Assembly: GCA_021890755.1 (NCBI GenBank)
Contig: JAKKUQ010000003.1
Coordinates: forward strand, 3,292 to 67,291
DNA: 64,000 nucleotides
Reading direction: 5' to 3'
Source of the DNA: Thermosediminibacteraceae bacterium
GTDB taxonomy: Bacteria; Bacillota; Thermosediminibacteria; Thermosediminibacterales; Thermosediminibacteraceae
Position numbers and translations under genes: made by a program
Shown: positions 53,861 to 64,000 of the stretch, in pieces
How positions within the stretch are numbered: position 1 is the stretch's first letter
How the letters are laid out: every line of letters begins with the position of its first letter
The notes under the pieces: generated by a model
What the model was told of the DNA's origin: nothing
What the model saw: the letters and a program-made list of their open reading frames with translations, nothing else
Database searches by the model: none

Positions 53861-56800
53861 ATGACCGGACTGAAAATGTTGCTGGACAGTTCCAAATTTA
53901 ACGATATAGAAAAACAATTACTCGAAAAGGCTCTTATAAAAAAAGTAATAGTGAATACCAAAAAAAGAGTAATAAAAATAAAACTTTCTTCCGAAGAACA
54001 ACTAGTCGAAGAATTAGTTTCTAAAGTCCGGGAGGAACTAAAGAAAAAACTAAGAGGCTGCTTAGAAGTATATCTTGACTTTAATGAAGAAAATCAGAAT
54101 TCACCGAAAAAAAAGGCAAGTGAACTAATAAAAGAAAAATGGGAAGAATGCCTTAAAAACCTTTTTAAAAGAATTCCTTCTGCACGAATTTGGTTACTTA
54201 ACAGCACATACGAGTACGAAAAGGGTACTCTATTTGTTTATATAGAAAAAAACGGAATTGAATACCTACATAAAAAGAAATGCGGCAGAATAATCGAAGA
54301 ATTCTTTAAAAAACAAAATATTAACCTAAACGTCGTTTTCAAAGAAAAAGAGCAGATTGAGTATTATGATATATCTGAAGAAGATAAAAAGCTGGTCGAA
54401 TCACTGCTAGAAAAGTACAATGAAAAATCCGTCGATTCTTCTGATAAGGATGTTCTGGATGAGATCATTTTAGGAAAAGATGTAGACGGCGAGCCCGTTC
54501 CATTAAATGAAATAGCTAATGAGGCTAAAGAAATCATAGCATGCGGGCAGATATTTGAAGTAGAGTGCCGAGAAATTAAAAATGGTACCAAATTAGTTAC
54601 ATGTGGGCTTACTGATGGTTCCAATTCCTTAGCTGTAAAAATCTTTGTTACAGATGAAAAAAAATGCAAAGTTGAAAAAATAAAAGAGGGAATTTGGGTA
54701 AAAATAAGAGGTAAAGTTGAAAATAATGCACATTCCGGAGAGTTGGAGCTTATTCCTAAGGACATTAAGATTGTCCCAAAACCTGTGAGGTTAGACAACA
54801 GCGATAAAAAAAGGGTTGAACTACATCTTCATACTAAATACAGTGCTATGGATGCGGTTTGCTCGCCAAAAGAAGTAATAGAATTGTGTAAGCAATGGGG
54901 GCATAAAGCAGTAGCCTTTACAGATCACGGAGTAGTCCAATCTTTCCCTGAAGTTTATGAAGCCGCAAAGGAAGCAGGAATTAAACCAATTTACGGCGTT
55001 GAAGCCTACATATTCGATGATGAGTTTCCAGTAATATCTGAACCTCCTAAAGGAAATATTGATGACTTCGTATACGTGGTCACAGATATTGAAACAACAG
55101 GTCTATCTTTAGATTTTGATGAAATAATTGAAATAGGTGCGGTAAAAATTTACCGAGGAGAAATCATAGATAGATTTCATTCCTTTGTCAAACCCCGCAA
55201 ACCCATTTCGCTACATGTAACTAACTTGACGGGTATTAGAAACGATATGGTTGAAAAAGCACCATATGTTGAAGATGTGATATCAGACTTTTTAAAGTTT
55301 ATAGGAGATGATATTTTCGTTGCTCACAATGCTGAATTTGATGCTGGATTCATAAGAAGAGACTCAGAAAGATGCGGTATGAAGTTCAACAATAAAGTAT
55401 TGGATACGTTAAATCTTTCCGCTCTTATCTTCCCCGAGCTTAAAAACCACCGCCTAGAGACCATAGCAAAAAAATTTAATATAAATATGGGTAAGCACCA
55501 CAGAGCTGATGATGATGCCAACACTGCTGCATTGATACTTATCGAGCTAATTAAAAAACTGAAAGAACAAGGGATCGATGACCTTTCTAAAATAAATCAT
55601 GTAAATAAAACAGCCACTCAACACTTAGATTCATATCATGCCACTATATTGGTAAAAAACGCTGAAGGCCTAAAGAATCTTTATAAACTAGTTTCAATCT
55701 CTCACTTAGAATATTTTTACAGGCATCCCCGTATCCCCAAAAGCCTTCTAAAAAAATACAGAAATGGACTTATTATAGGTTCAGGTTGCGAAGCGGGAGA
55801 ACTATTCCAGAGTTTAATCTACCACCATTCCGAAGAAGACATAAAGCGAATAGTCGATTTTTATGACTTCCTAGAAATTCAGCCTTTGCAAAATAATAAA
55901 TTCTTGATAGAAAAGGGTATTCTGACCAATGAAACAAGCCTTCAGGAGATAAATAAAAAAATTTATTGGTTGGGAAAAAAATATAATAAACCCGTTGTAA
56001 TTACCGGCGATGTGCATTTTTTGAACCCAGAAGATGAAATATTTAGGAGAATTTTGCTAACTATCCAAGGATATAAGGATAGTGATGTAAGTTCCGGGCT
56101 TTATCTAAAAACAACCGAAGAAATGCTAAAAGAATGTCAATATCTTGGCGAAGAAGCTGCAAAAGAAGTAGTTATAGAAAATCCAAACAGAATCGCCGAC
56201 GAAATAGAAGACAAGATAAAACCCGTTCCTGATGAGCTTTACACTCCTAAAATTGAAGGAGCCGATGAAGAAATTATTAACATGACCTATAAAAGGGCCA
56301 AAGAAATATACGGAGAAGAGCTTCCAGAGATCGTGAAAAAAAGAATAGAGCGAGAGTTGAATTCTATAGTAAATAACGGATATTCGGTAATATACCTTAT
56401 TGCCCATAAACTTGTAAAAAAATCGCTGGACGACGGTTATCTTGTGGGTTCTCGAGGCTCTGTAGGTTCATCGCTGGTGGCAACAATGTGCGGAATAACA
56501 GAAGTAAATCCACTCCCGCCTCATTATTTATGTCCAAACTGTAAAAAATCTATCTTCCCAGAAAACGTAGAAGGGATAGTAGGGCCAGACCTTCCTGATA
56601 AAAACTGTCCGAACTGTGGATGTCCTATGAAAAAGGACGGATATAATATACCCTTTGAAGTTTTTATGGGATTTGAAGGGGATAAAGTTCCAGATATAGA
56701 CCTTAATTTCTCGGGCGAATATCAGCCTATTGCTCATAAATATACAGAGGAATTATTCGGAAAAGACAATGTATTTCGTGCCGGCACCATATCAACTATA

Positions 56801-58111
56801 GCAGAAAAAACTGCTTATGGCTTCGTAAAAGCATACTTAGAAGAGAAGAACTTGAATGTATCAGAATATGAGGTAAAACGTTTGGCTGCAGGTATAACGG
56901 GAGTTAAACGTACAACAGGGCAGCACCCAGGTGGATTAATGATCCTTCCTAAGGACAAAGAAATATATGAATTTACTCCCATACAGTACCCTGCTGACGA
57001 CAAAGAATCTGGAGTAATCACTACACATTTTGATTATCATTCAATTAGCGAAAGGCTGTTAAAACTTGATCTCCTTGGCCACGACGATCCTACAGTTATA
57101 AAAATGCTGGAAGAAGAAACAGGGGTTGATGCAAAAAAAATCCCTCTAGATGACAGTGCAACTATGAAAATATTTTCCTCAGTTGATCCTCTTGGAGTAA
57201 GACCGGAAGATATAGGCACCACTGTAGGAACATTGGGAGTCCCAGAATTTGGAACCAAATTTGTAAGGCAGATGCTAGAAGAAACTCGTCCTACTACTTT
57301 TTCAGAGTTAATCAGGATAAGCGGTCTTTCCCACGGTACCGACGTATGGCTTAACAATGCCCAGGACCTCATAAAGAATAAGGTGGCAACTCTTAAAGAA
57401 GTTATTGCAACCCGTGACGACATAATGATACACTTATTAGAAAAAGGCGTTGAACCCAAAATAGCTTTCAACATAATGGAGAAAGTAAGAAAGGGCAAAG
57501 GATTAAAGCCGGAAGAGGAAGAGATTTTAAAGGAAAACGGCGTAGAACAGTGGTTCATAGAATCCTGTAAGAAGATAAAATACATGTTTCCAAAAGCTCA
57601 CGCAGTAGCTTATGTAATAATGGCTTTCAGAATTGCTTATTTCAAAGTTCACTATCCCGAAGCCTTTTACGCCACTTATTTTACGGTAAGAGCTGATGAC
57701 TTCGACGCAGAGCTAATCCTCCAAGGTCCTAAAAAAATAAGAGAAGTAATTGATGAAATAAACAAAAAAGAAAAAAGTGCAACACCGAAAGAAAAGAATT
57801 TACTCACGATTTTAGAAGTAGCGAATGAAATGTATATGAGAGGTATTCAGTTTGTACCAATCGACCTTTATAGATCTCATTATAAGAAATTTATCATTAC
57901 AAAGGATGGTATACTCCCCCCGCTCAACGCCTTGCCGGGGCTTGGACTTGCTGCAGCTCAAAATATTTATAATGAAAGGCAAAAGGGGAAGTTTACCTCT
58001 ATCGAAGATCTTCGCATGCGGGCAAAAGTAACTAAAAATGTAATAGAAATCCTCCGACAAAATGGTGTATTAAACGGACTCCAAGAAACAAATCAGATTA
58101 GCCTCTTTTAA
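53861..58111 (+). CDS. polC: DNA polymerase III alpha subunit, PolC type (PHP domain, 3'-5' exonuclease, polymerase)
   Basis: ~1416 aa. Exonuclease motifs (VVTDIETTGLS, VAHNAEFD, HRADDDA), zinc-finger CPNC...CPNC, PHP and polymerase core. Start chosen at ATG 53861 after SD GGGGGA. Confidence 0.97.
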   Translation: MTGLKMLLDSSKFNDIEKQLLEKALIKKVIVNTKKRVIKIKLSSEEQLVEELVSKVREELKKKLRGCLEVYLDFNEENQNSPKKKASELIKEKWEECLKNLFKRIPSARIWLLNSTYEYEKGTLFVYIEKNGIEYLHKKKCGRIIEEFFKKQNINLNVVFKEKEQIEYYDISEEDKKLVESLLEKYNEKSVDSSDKDVLDEIILGKDVDGEPVPLNEIANEAKEIIACGQIFEVECREIKNGTKLVTCGLTDGSNSLAVKIFVTDEKKCKVEKIKEGIWVKIRGKVENNAHSGELELIPKDIKIVPKPVRLDNSDKKRVELHLHTKYSAMDAVCSPKEVIELCKQWGHKAVAFTDHGVVQSFPEVYEAAKEAGIKPIYGVEAYIFDDEFPVISEPPKGNIDDFVYVVTDIETTGLSLDFDEIIEIGAVKIYRGEIIDRFHSFVKPRKPISLHVTNLTGIRNDMVEKAPYVEDVISDFLKFIGDDIFVAHNAEFDAGFIRRDSERCGMKFNNKVLDTLNLSALIFPELKNHRLETIAKKFNINMGKHHRADDDANTAALILIELIKKLKEQGIDDLSKINHVNKTATQHLDSYHATILVKNAEGLKNLYKLVSISHLEYFYRHPRIPKSLLKKYRNGLIIGSGCEAGELFQSLIYHHSEEDIKRIVDFYDFLEIQPLQNNKFLIEKGILTNETSLQEINKKIYWLGKKYNKPVVITGDVHFLNPEDEIFRRILLTIQGYKDSDVSSGLYLKTTEEMLKECQYLGEEAAKEVVIENPNRIADEIEDKIKPVPDELYTPKIEGADEEIINMTYKRAKEIYGEELPEIVKKRIERELNSIVNNGYSVIYLIAHKLVKKSLDDGYLVGSRGSVGSSLVATMCGITEVNPLPPHYLCPNCKKSIFPENVEGIVGPDLPDKNCPNCGCPMKKDGYNIPFEVFMGFEGDKVPDIDLNFSGEYQPIAHKYTEELFGKDNVFRAGTISTIAEKTAYGFVKAYLEEKNLNVSEYEVKRLAAGITGVKRTTGQHPGGLMILPKDKEIYEFTPIQYPADDKESGVITTHFDYHSISERLLKLDLLGHDDPTVIKMLEEETGVDAKKIPLDDSATMKIFSSVDPLGVRPEDIGTTVGTLGVPEFGTKFVRQMLEETRPTTFSELIRISGLSHGTDVWLNNAQDLIKNKVATLKEVIATRDDIMIHLLEKGVEPKIAFNIMEKVRKGKGLKPEEEEILKENGVEQWFIESCKKIKYMFPKAHAVAYVIMAFRIAYFKVHYPEAFYATYFTVRADDFDAELILQGPKKIREVIDEINKKEKSATPKEKNLLTILEVANEMYMRGIQFVPIDLYRSHYKKFIITKDGILPPLNALPGLGLAAAQNIYNERQKGKFTSIEDLRMRAKVTKNVIEILRQNGVLNGLQETNQISLF

Positions 58112-58147
58112 AATTAATCTATTACGCATCCTATATAGTCTTAAATA

Positions 58148-58176
58148 TTGTAATAATAACTAACATGTGTTATAAT
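58148..58176 (+). promoter_or_regulatory. Sigma-A-type promoter of the rimP-nusA-infB operon
   Basis: TTGTAA, a 17-nt spacer, then TATAAT with an upstream TGT (extended -10). Confidence 0.5.
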
Positions 58177-58207
58177 AATTTAAGTAAACTTGCGAGATTC
58201 ATTGATT

Positions 58208-58238
58208 GAGAGTGGGTTAAATCCCACTCTTTCATATT
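58208..58238 (+). terminator. Leader terminator-like hairpin with an interrupted U tract upstream of rimP
   Basis: 8-bp stem AGAGTGGG/CCCACTCT (58209-58216/58223-58230), loop TTAAAT, then TTCATATT. Lies between the putative promoter and the rimP start. Confidence 0.4.
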
Positions 58239-58267
58239 AATAATTACTTTACAAAGGGTGAAAGGTA

Positions 58268-58756
58268 ATGCAAAAAAGTCGAATATTGAAAAAGGTTTCT
58301 GAAATAGGTGAGCGGATAATAGGTAGTAAAGGTTTTGAAATGGTTGACGTAGAATTCGTGCAAGAGAATGGTTCTTGGTACCTTAGATATTATATTGACA
58401 AACCAGGCGGAATCACTCTTGATGATTGTCAGGAAGTGAGTGAAGAAATAAGCCGGCAATTGGACATAGAAGACCCAATCCCTCACAGTTATATATTGGA
58501 GGTTTCGTCGCCCGGAATCGAGAGGAAACTTAAGAAAGAGGAAGACTTTTTAAAGTATATTGGTTCCGATGTAGAAATAAAAACTTTTGAACCCTTCGAT
58601 GGTAAAAAAATTTTAACCGGTACCTTAGTTGATTACAACGATGGGACAGTGGTGCTCAAAGTAGATTCTCGTACTATTAATATTCCATTAGAAAAAATAT
58701 CCTCTGCTAAACTCAAATTTAAATTTAATTTTGACGAACAGGAGAGGACGAAATGA
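58268..58756 (+). CDS. rimP: Ribosome maturation factor RimP
   Basis: Motifs G.E.VDVEF..E....LR..ID and LEVSSPGIER.L. Position before nusA. Confidence 0.9.
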   Translation: MQKSRILKKVSEIGERIIGSKGFEMVDVEFVQENGSWYLRYYIDKPGGITLDDCQEVSEEISRQLDIEDPIPHSYILEVSSPGIERKLKKEEDFLKYIGSDVEIKTFEPFDGKKILTGTLVDYNDGTVVLKVDSRTINIPLEKISSAKLKFKFNFDEQERTK

Positions 58757-59808
58757 ATATTGAGTTTATTGAAGCTCTTGATCAAATTGAAAAAGAAAAA
58801 GGTATTTCCAAGGAGATACTATTAGAAGCCATTGAAGCCGCTTTGGTTTCTGCCTACAAGAAGAATTACGGCACGGCACAAAACGTAAAAATTAACATAG
58901 ACCGTGCAACTGGAGAAGTTAAGGTTTTTTCTCAAAAAACTGTAAAAGAAGATGTAAAAGATCCACTTTTGGAAATTAGTCTCGTTGAAGCTAAAAAAAT
59001 TAATCCGCTAGCTAAATTAGGTGATATAATTTCGATAGAAGTTACGCCCCAAAAATTTGGACGAATTGCAGCCCAAACTGCAAAACAAGTTGTAATGCAG
59101 CGGATTAAAGAAGCGGAAAGAAATATCATTTACGAAGAATTTGCGGGAAGAGAAACTGATCTTGTTACCGGTACTGTTCAGCGATTTGATAAGAAAAATG
59201 TAATTATAGATTTAGGAAAAACTGAAGCTATTTTACCGCCTAACGAGCAGATACCAAATGAAACGTATACCCAAGGTGAAAGAATAAAGGTATACATTCT
59301 TGAAGTTAAAAAAACCACTAAAGGACCTGTCATTACAGTGTCTAGATCCCATCCTGGACTAGTCAAAAGATTGTTTGAACTAGAAGTACCTGAGATTTAC
59401 GAAGGAATAGTAGAAATTAAAGGCATTGCAAGAGAAGCGGGTTCAAGGACAAAGATAGCAGTTTATTCAAAGGACGAAAACGTAGATCCCGTAGGAGCCT
59501 GCGTTGGGCCGAAAGGTGCCAGGGTTCAAGCCGTGGTAGAGGAATTAAAGGGAGAAAAGATCGATATCATAAAATGGAGCAAAAATATAGCTGAATATAT
59601 CTCAAATGCGCTCAGTCCAGCAAAAGTGCTTAGTGTCGATGTTGACGAAGAAAACAAAATAGCCCGTGTACTGGTGCCAGAACACCAACTTTCTCTGGCT
59701 ATAGGAAAAGAGGGGCAGAACGCAAGACTCGCAGCAAAGCTTACTGGCTGGAAAATAGATATAAAGAGTCCAAAAAATGATTCAAGAGGGGATGAAAATG
59801 AGTCCTAA
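58753..59808 (+). CDS. nusA: Transcription termination/antitermination factor NusA
   Basis: N-terminal domain, S1 domain ([18 protein letters not shown]) and two KH domains ([35 protein letters not shown]). Confidence 0.97.
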   Translation: MNIEFIEALDQIEKEKGISKEILLEAIEAALVSAYKKNYGTAQNVKINIDRATGEVKVFSQKTVKEDVKDPLLEISLVEAKKINPLAKLGDIISIEVTPQKFGRIAAQTAKQVVMQRIKEAERNIIYEEFAGRETDLVTGTVQRFDKKNVIIDLGKTEAILPPNEQIPNETYTQGERIKVYILEVKKTTKGPVITVSRSHPGLVKRLFELEVPEIYEGIVEIKGIAREAGSRTKIAVYSKDENVDPVGACVGPKGARVQAVVEELKGEKIDIIKWSKNIAEYISNALSPAKVLSVDVDEENKIARVLVPEHQLSLAIGKEGQNARLAAKLTGWKIDIKSPKNDSRGDENES

Positions 59809-60073
59809 AAAAATACCTTTAAGAATGTGTCTCGGCTGCAAGCAGATGAAACCCAAAAAAGAACTTATTCGCATTGTGAGGACGCCAGAAGGTTCTATTG
59901 AGCTGGATTTAACCGGGAAACGTTCCGGCAGGGGAGCTTACTTTTGTAAAGATCCTAAATGCCTAGAAAAAGCTTTAAAAGAGGATCGCCTCTCAAAAGC
60001 ATTAGAACATGAAGTATCTAGCGAAACCATAGATAAGCTGAAGGAGGACTTAATAAAAAGTGAAGCCCTCTGA
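59798..60073 (+). CDS. ylxR: YlxR/RnpM family RNA-binding protein (DUF448)
   Basis: [21 protein letters not shown]...GRGAY.C signature. Position after nusA. Start uncertain (59777, 59792 or 59798). Confidence 0.85.
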   Translation: MSPKKIPLRMCLGCKQMKPKKELIRIVRTPEGSIELDLTGKRSGRGAYFCKDPKCLEKALKEDRLSKALEHEVSSETIDKLKEDLIKSEAL

Positions 60074-60401
60074 TATCCCACCCTTGCTCGGTATTGCCCG
60101 CAAAGCTGGCAAAATAGTAGCCGGTCAAGAAACGGTGGAAAGGGCTATATTTTCAAGAAAAGTTCACTTGGTTATAATATCAGAGGATGCTTCCTTCAAT
60201 ACAAAAGACCGTTTTTTAAGTATATGTAAATCTCGAGGAATCCATTGTATATTTTTTGGCAACTCAGAAATTCTAGGAAAATCCATTGGTAAAGAAGGTA
60301 GAAAGGTTATTGGAGTCACAGATAAGAGTTTTTCGAAAGAGATACTAAAGCGTTTCGGTGCGATAAAATCGACGGAGGTGGGGAATATTGTCAAAAATTA
60401 G
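60060..60401 (+). CDS. ylxQ: L7Ae-family k-turn-binding protein, YlxQ-like
   Basis: [21 protein letters not shown]......LVIISEDAS pattern of the L7Ae/YlxQ family. Lies between ylxR and infB. Confidence 0.8.
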   Translation: MKPSDIPPLLGIARKAGKIVAGQETVERAIFSRKVHLVIISEDASFNTKDRFLSICKSRGIHCIFFGNSEILGKSIGKEGRKVIGVTDKSFSKEILKRFGAIKSTEVGNIVKN

Positions 60402-62373
60402 AGTGTACGAACTTGCTAAGAAACTAGGAATATCAAGTAAAAAATTAATTTCGATACTCGAAGACCTAGATGTAGACATAAAAAATCACATGAGCAGCCT
60501 TGAAGACGATATGGCTCAACTTATAATGGACCTAATTTCAGAAGAAAAAAGCAGCAAAAAAACAAAAAGCGAAGTCCAGAAAAGCCCAGGAACGCCTAGA
60601 AAAACTGATGAAGTAAGCGGCAAACCTAAAACTCAGAAAGTAGTTCTACCCTCAAAAATTAGTATAAAAGAATTAGGAGATCGCATAAACATCGAACCGG
60701 TAAAGCTAATTAAAAAATTAATGGACTTTGGTCTCATGGCAAATATAAATGCAGAAATAGATTTTGAATCAGCCAAGAAGCTAATTAAAGAGTTCGGCTA
60801 CGAAGCCGAAGAAGAAAGCCAGCCTCAACTTTCAGAACTAGAAAGAGAAGAACAAGATAAACCAGAAAATTTAAAGCCAAGGCCTCCTGTAGTAACCGTA
60901 ATGGGACATGTAGACCACGGTAAAACAACACTCCTAGACGCTATAAGGAAAACAAACGTTGCGGCATCTGAAGCAGGCGGAATTACACAACATATCGGCG
61001 CATCTCAGATAGAAAAAGATGGCAAGACAATAGTATTTTTGGACACCCCCGGCCATGAGGCTTTTACTACTTTAAGGGCCCGCGGAGCCAAAGTGACAGA
61101 TATAGTCGTATTGGTAGTTGCTGCTGACGATGGAGTAATGCCACAAACCGTAGAAGCTATTAATCACGCTAAAGCCGCAGGTGTTCCGATAATAGTAGCC
61201 GTAAACAAAATTGACAAACCAACCGCCAACCCTGAAAAAGTAAAGCAGCAATTATCAGAGTATGGTCTTATCCCAGAGGAGTGGGGTGGCGATACTATCT
61301 TTGTCAACGTTTCTGCCAAAAATCGCACCGGGATAGATACTTTGTTGGAAATGATACTTTTGGTAGCTGAAATGGCGGAACTCAAGGCTAATTACGACAG
61401 GAGGGCAGTTGGAGTAATAATCGAAGCTAAATTAGACAAAAGAAGAGGTCCCGTAGCCACAGTATTGGTACAAAAAGGTACGCTGCGGGTTGGAGATGCA
61501 ATAGTAGCCGGTCCAGCTTATGGAAAAGTAAGAGCAATGCTAGATTCTCGTGGTAATATGGTAAAATCAGCAACCCCATCTATACCAGTAGAGATTATGG
61601 GATTTTCTGAGGTACCTAATGCAGGTGATGTTCTAAAAGTAGTATCAAATGAAAAGGAAGCGAGAGAAATAGCAGAAAAATACAAGGAAACTAAGAAAGA
61701 GAAAGAGTTTTCTTCTCCCAAAGTTTCGTTGGATAAGATTCTAGATCAGATAAAACAAGGGGAAATAAAGGAACTCAATGTCATATTAAAAGCAGATGTT
61801 CAGGGATCGTTAGAAGCATTAAAGGTAGCTTTAGAAAAATGTTCCACAGATCAGGTTCAAGTGAAAATAATTCACGGAGCAGTGGGTGCTATAAACGAAA
61901 GCGACATATTGCTTGCTTCTGCTTCTAATGCTATAGTGATAGGTTTTAACGTAAGACCCGATTCAAATGCGAAAAAGCTAGCGGAGCAGGAGAATATAGA
62001 TATTAGAACTTACAGAGTAATATACGAGGCAGTAGATGATATTAAGGCAGCGATGAAAGGATTGCTTGAGCCAGAATTTAAAGAAGTAGTACTCGGCAGG
62101 GCTGAAGTAAGAGCATTGTTTAAAGTTCCAAATGTTGGCATTGTTGCAGGATGCTACGTAACGGAAGGAAAGATAACTAGAAATGCTTCCATCAGGGTTA
62201 TCAGAAATGGAGTAGTAGTTTACGAGGGCAAAATTCTTTCATTAAAAAGATTTAAGGATGATGTGCGTGAAGTAATGAGCGGCTTTGAATGCGGTATAGC
62301 AATAGAAAAATTTAACGATTTGAAGGAAGGAGATATCCTGGAGGCATTTATAAATCAACGCGTGGACAAATAA
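60388..62373 (+). CDS. infB: Translation initiation factor IF-2
   Basis: G domain ([21 protein letters not shown]). IF-2 C-terminal domains. Confidence 0.97.
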   Translation: MSKIRVYELAKKLGISSKKLISILEDLDVDIKNHMSSLEDDMAQLIMDLISEEKSSKKTKSEVQKSPGTPRKTDEVSGKPKTQKVVLPSKISIKELGDRINIEPVKLIKKLMDFGLMANINAEIDFESAKKLIKEFGYEAEEESQPQLSELEREEQDKPENLKPRPPVVTVMGHVDHGKTTLLDAIRKTNVAASEAGGITQHIGASQIEKDGKTIVFLDTPGHEAFTTLRARGAKVTDIVVLVVAADDGVMPQTVEAINHAKAAGVPIIVAVNKIDKPTANPEKVKQQLSEYGLIPEEWGGDTIFVNVSAKNRTGIDTLLEMILLVAEMAELKANYDRRAVGVIIEAKLDKRRGPVATVLVQKGTLRVGDAIVAGPAYGKVRAMLDSRGNMVKSATPSIPVEIMGFSEVPNAGDVLKVVSNEKEAREIAEKYKETKKEKEFSSPKVSLDKILDQIKQGEIKELNVILKADVQGSLEALKVALEKCSTDQVQVKIIHGAVGAINESDILLASASNAIVIGFNVRPDSNAKKLAEQENIDIRTYRVIYEAVDDIKAAMKGLLEPEFKEVVLGRAEVRALFKVPNVGIVAGCYVTEGKITRNASIRVIRNGVVVYEGKILSLKRFKDDVREVMSGFECGIAIEKFNDLKEGDILEAFINQRVDK

Positions 62374-62394
62374 AAAGAGTGAGGAGGCAGTAAC

Positions 62395-62754
62395 GTGGAT
62401 TTTTCCAGAACTGATAGAGTCTCGGTAGAAATACAAAAAGCAGTCAGCGAGATTATTAATAACGAACTGAAAGACCCCCGCATTCAAGGTCTAATATCAA
62501 TTACAAAAGTAGAGGTCTCTAAAGATCTAAGGCACGCCAAAATTTTTCTCAGCATATATGGAGATGAGACAACAAAACAAAATGTTTTAGAAGCTCTACA
62601 CCATGCTGAAGGTTTTATTAGAAAAGAATTGGCAAATCGAGTAAGACTAAAATTTGTACCAGTATTGAACTTCAAACTTGACGAATCCATCGAGTATAGC
62701 ATACACATTTCAAAATTGTTAAAAGATATAAATAATAGCAGAAATGAGGATTAA
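62395..62754 (+). CDS. rbfA: Ribosome-binding factor A
   Basis: R..RV..EIQK.....I..ELKDPR......IT.VEVS.DL..AK.F pattern. Confidence 0.93.
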   Translation: MDFSRTDRVSVEIQKAVSEIINNELKDPRIQGLISITKVEVSKDLRHAKIFLSIYGDETTKQNVLEALHHAEGFIRKELANRVRLKFVPVLNFKLDESIEYSIHISKLLKDINNSRNED

Positions 62755-62757
62755 AGG

Positions 62758-63714
62758 ATGGATTTTTATATATTAAATAACCTAATTTCAAAATACAATT
62801 CCTTTATAGTTACTTCACACATCGCACCAGACGGAGATGCTTTAGGATCGGTTTTAGCGCTCACTATAGCACTAGAAAAATTAGGTAAAAAAGTGTTGCC
62901 AATTATAAACGATACGATTCCTCAAAAATTTAGGTTCTTACCTTGTTCGGAAAAAGTTCGAGCCTTTGCTTCGGAAAAAGATAAGGCTGAGGTTATGATT
63001 TGCCTGGATTCAGGCGATCCTGGGAGATTAGAATTCAAAAAAGATCTACGGGATATTTGCAACTTTATTGTAAATATCGATCACCACAAAAGCAATACTA
63101 TGTATGGCGATATAAATTTAGTTAATGATAGCTATTCTTCAGTTGGAGAAATGGTTTATTTTCTGCTAAAAGGTCTAAATATACCCATCGACATTGATAT
63201 TGCCACATGTATCTACACATCAATTATTACAGATACTGGTTCACTAAAATACTCTAATACAACCCCTTCTTGCCTTAAAGTATTAGCCGAACTAGTGGAA
63301 ATTGGCGTTAAACCAGACTTCATAAGTAGAGAAGTGTTTGAAAAGAAAAGTTTGGCATCTGTTATGCTTTTAAAAGAGATATTAGGATCTTTGAAGATTT
63401 CAGAAGACGGTAAAATAGCATACATGAGATTAACAAAAGATATGATGCTCAAAACAGGGGCAAAGGAAGAAGATACCGATGGGCTTATCAATTATGCCAG
63501 AGAAATAGATGGTGTTGAAGTGGCTGTACTTTTTAAAGAGCAAGATAATTTTAAAATAAAAGTAGGATTAAGGTCTAACCAGTGGGTAGATGTAAGCAAA
63601 ATAGCAGAGCAATTCGGAGGCGGCGGACACGCGCGGGCCGCCGGTTGCACAATAGAAGGTTCTTTAGAGGAAGTGGAGCACTCTATACTATCTACAGTAA
63701 GAAAATATTTGTAA
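62758..63714 (+). CDS. nrnA: DHH/DHHA1 family phosphoesterase (NrnA-like bifunctional oligoribonuclease/pAp phosphatase)
   Basis: HIAPDGDALGS, NIDHH, DTGSLKYSNT and GGGGHARAAG motifs. Confidence 0.85.
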   Translation: MDFYILNNLISKYNSFIVTSHIAPDGDALGSVLALTIALEKLGKKVLPIINDTIPQKFRFLPCSEKVRAFASEKDKAEVMICLDSGDPGRLEFKKDLRDICNFIVNIDHHKSNTMYGDINLVNDSYSSVGEMVYFLLKGLNIPIDIDIATCIYTSIITDTGSLKYSNTTPSCLKVLAELVEIGVKPDFISREVFEKKSLASVMLLKEILGSLKISEDGKIAYMRLTKDMMLKTGAKEEDTDGLINYAREIDGVEVAVLFKEQDNFKIKVGLRSNQWVDVSKIAEQFGGGGHARAAGCTIEGSLEEVEHSILSTVRKYL

Positions 63715-63735
63715 GCGTTCAAAAGAGGGGTTACG

Positions 63736-64000
63736 GTGAATGGAATAGTTAATTGTTTAAAACCACCAGGAATGACTTCTCACGATGTCGTAGAATTTTT
63801 AAGAAATCAATTGGGTATCAAAAAAATTGGTCATGGGGGCACGCTAGACCCTGGTGCAGCTGGAGTTTTACCGCTTTTTGTAGGAAAAGCCACAAAAGCA
63901 GTGGAATTATTCGAAAAGAGCACAAAAGAGTACGTTGCAGAAATGACTTTGGGAATAACAACGGATACAGGCGATAACCTGGGTCGAATTTTAGAAACTA
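63736..64000 (+). CDS. truB: tRNA pseudouridine(55) synthase TruB, 3'-truncated by the window edge
   Basis: My own translation from GTG 63736 gives VNGIVNCLKPPGMTSHDVV...GHGGTLDPGAAGVLPLFVGKATK. The frame stays open to the window end, and this ORF is not in the ORF track. Confidence 0.9.
   Translation, partial: MNGIVNCLKPPGMTSHDVVEFLRNQLGIKKIGHGGTLDPGAAGVLPLFVGKATKAVELFEKSTKEYVAEMTLGITTDTGDNLGRILET

Noticed and set aside
60060-60401. The L7Ae-family protein as the OLE partner OapC (YbxF).
   Set aside because: Its position between ylxR and infB identifies it as the YlxQ paralog of the nusA-infB operon, not YbxF, which normally lies near rpoC/rpsL. It may still bind k-turns, but nothing in this window links it to OLE.
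1-64000. Search for CRISPR arrays, rRNA/tRNA genes, transposases, toxin-antitoxin pairs, restriction-modification or other defence islands.
   Set aside because: I found no repeat-spacer arrays, no tRNA-like cloverleaf regions in the intergenic gaps, and no ORFs with transposase, integrase (other than XerD), methyltransferase-restriction or known defence-system signatures. The window is conserved core genome throughout.

Overview
This window is a core chromosomal segment of an AT-rich, spore-forming anaerobic Firmicute, with Clostridia/Thermoanaerobacterales-like gene order. Every credible gene (about 85) is on the + strand. Gene order: type IV pilus module (pilC 3' part, four prepilins, comFB, pilMNO); pepP-efp; spoIIIAA-AH; asp23/amaP; nusB-xseA-xseB-ispA; a ~710-nt G+C-rich non-coding gap that I call OLE RNA, followed by oapA; tlyA-nadK-argR-recN; spoIVB-spo0A; a steA-like four-gene cluster; nudix-endoQ-spoIIM-xerD; dacF-spoIIAA-spoIIAB-sigF; a dodecin gene and spoVAC/AD/AEb; a three-gene HgdC-type activase cassette; rpsB-tsf-pyrH-frr-uppS-cdsA-ytvI-like-rseP-ispG; a proline T-box, proS and a degenerate ProRS paralog; a GT2 gene, mgtC, polC; rimP-nusA-ylxR-ylxQ-infB-rbfA-nrnA-truB. 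I saw no CRISPR array, rRNA/tRNA gene, transposase, prophage or recognisable defence island. The items most worth a second look: (1) the OLE RNA/oapA locus, where a 15-bp 5'-3' closing helix competes with a terminator hairpin whose 3' arm is the oapA Shine-Dalgarno; (2) a ProRS paralog that keeps its editing and anticodon-binding domains but appears to have lost the catalytic motifs, sitting behind an editing-less archaeal-type proS under one T-box; (3) an uncharacterised activase plus two DUF2229-like subunit cassette; (4) the steA/mctB-like/GT4/DUF3866 cluster in a backbone syntenic with Actinobacteria; (5) anti-SD hairpins overlapping sporulation-type promoters of spoIIM and dacF. All protein calls rest on motif recognition by eye and gene context; no database search was possible.
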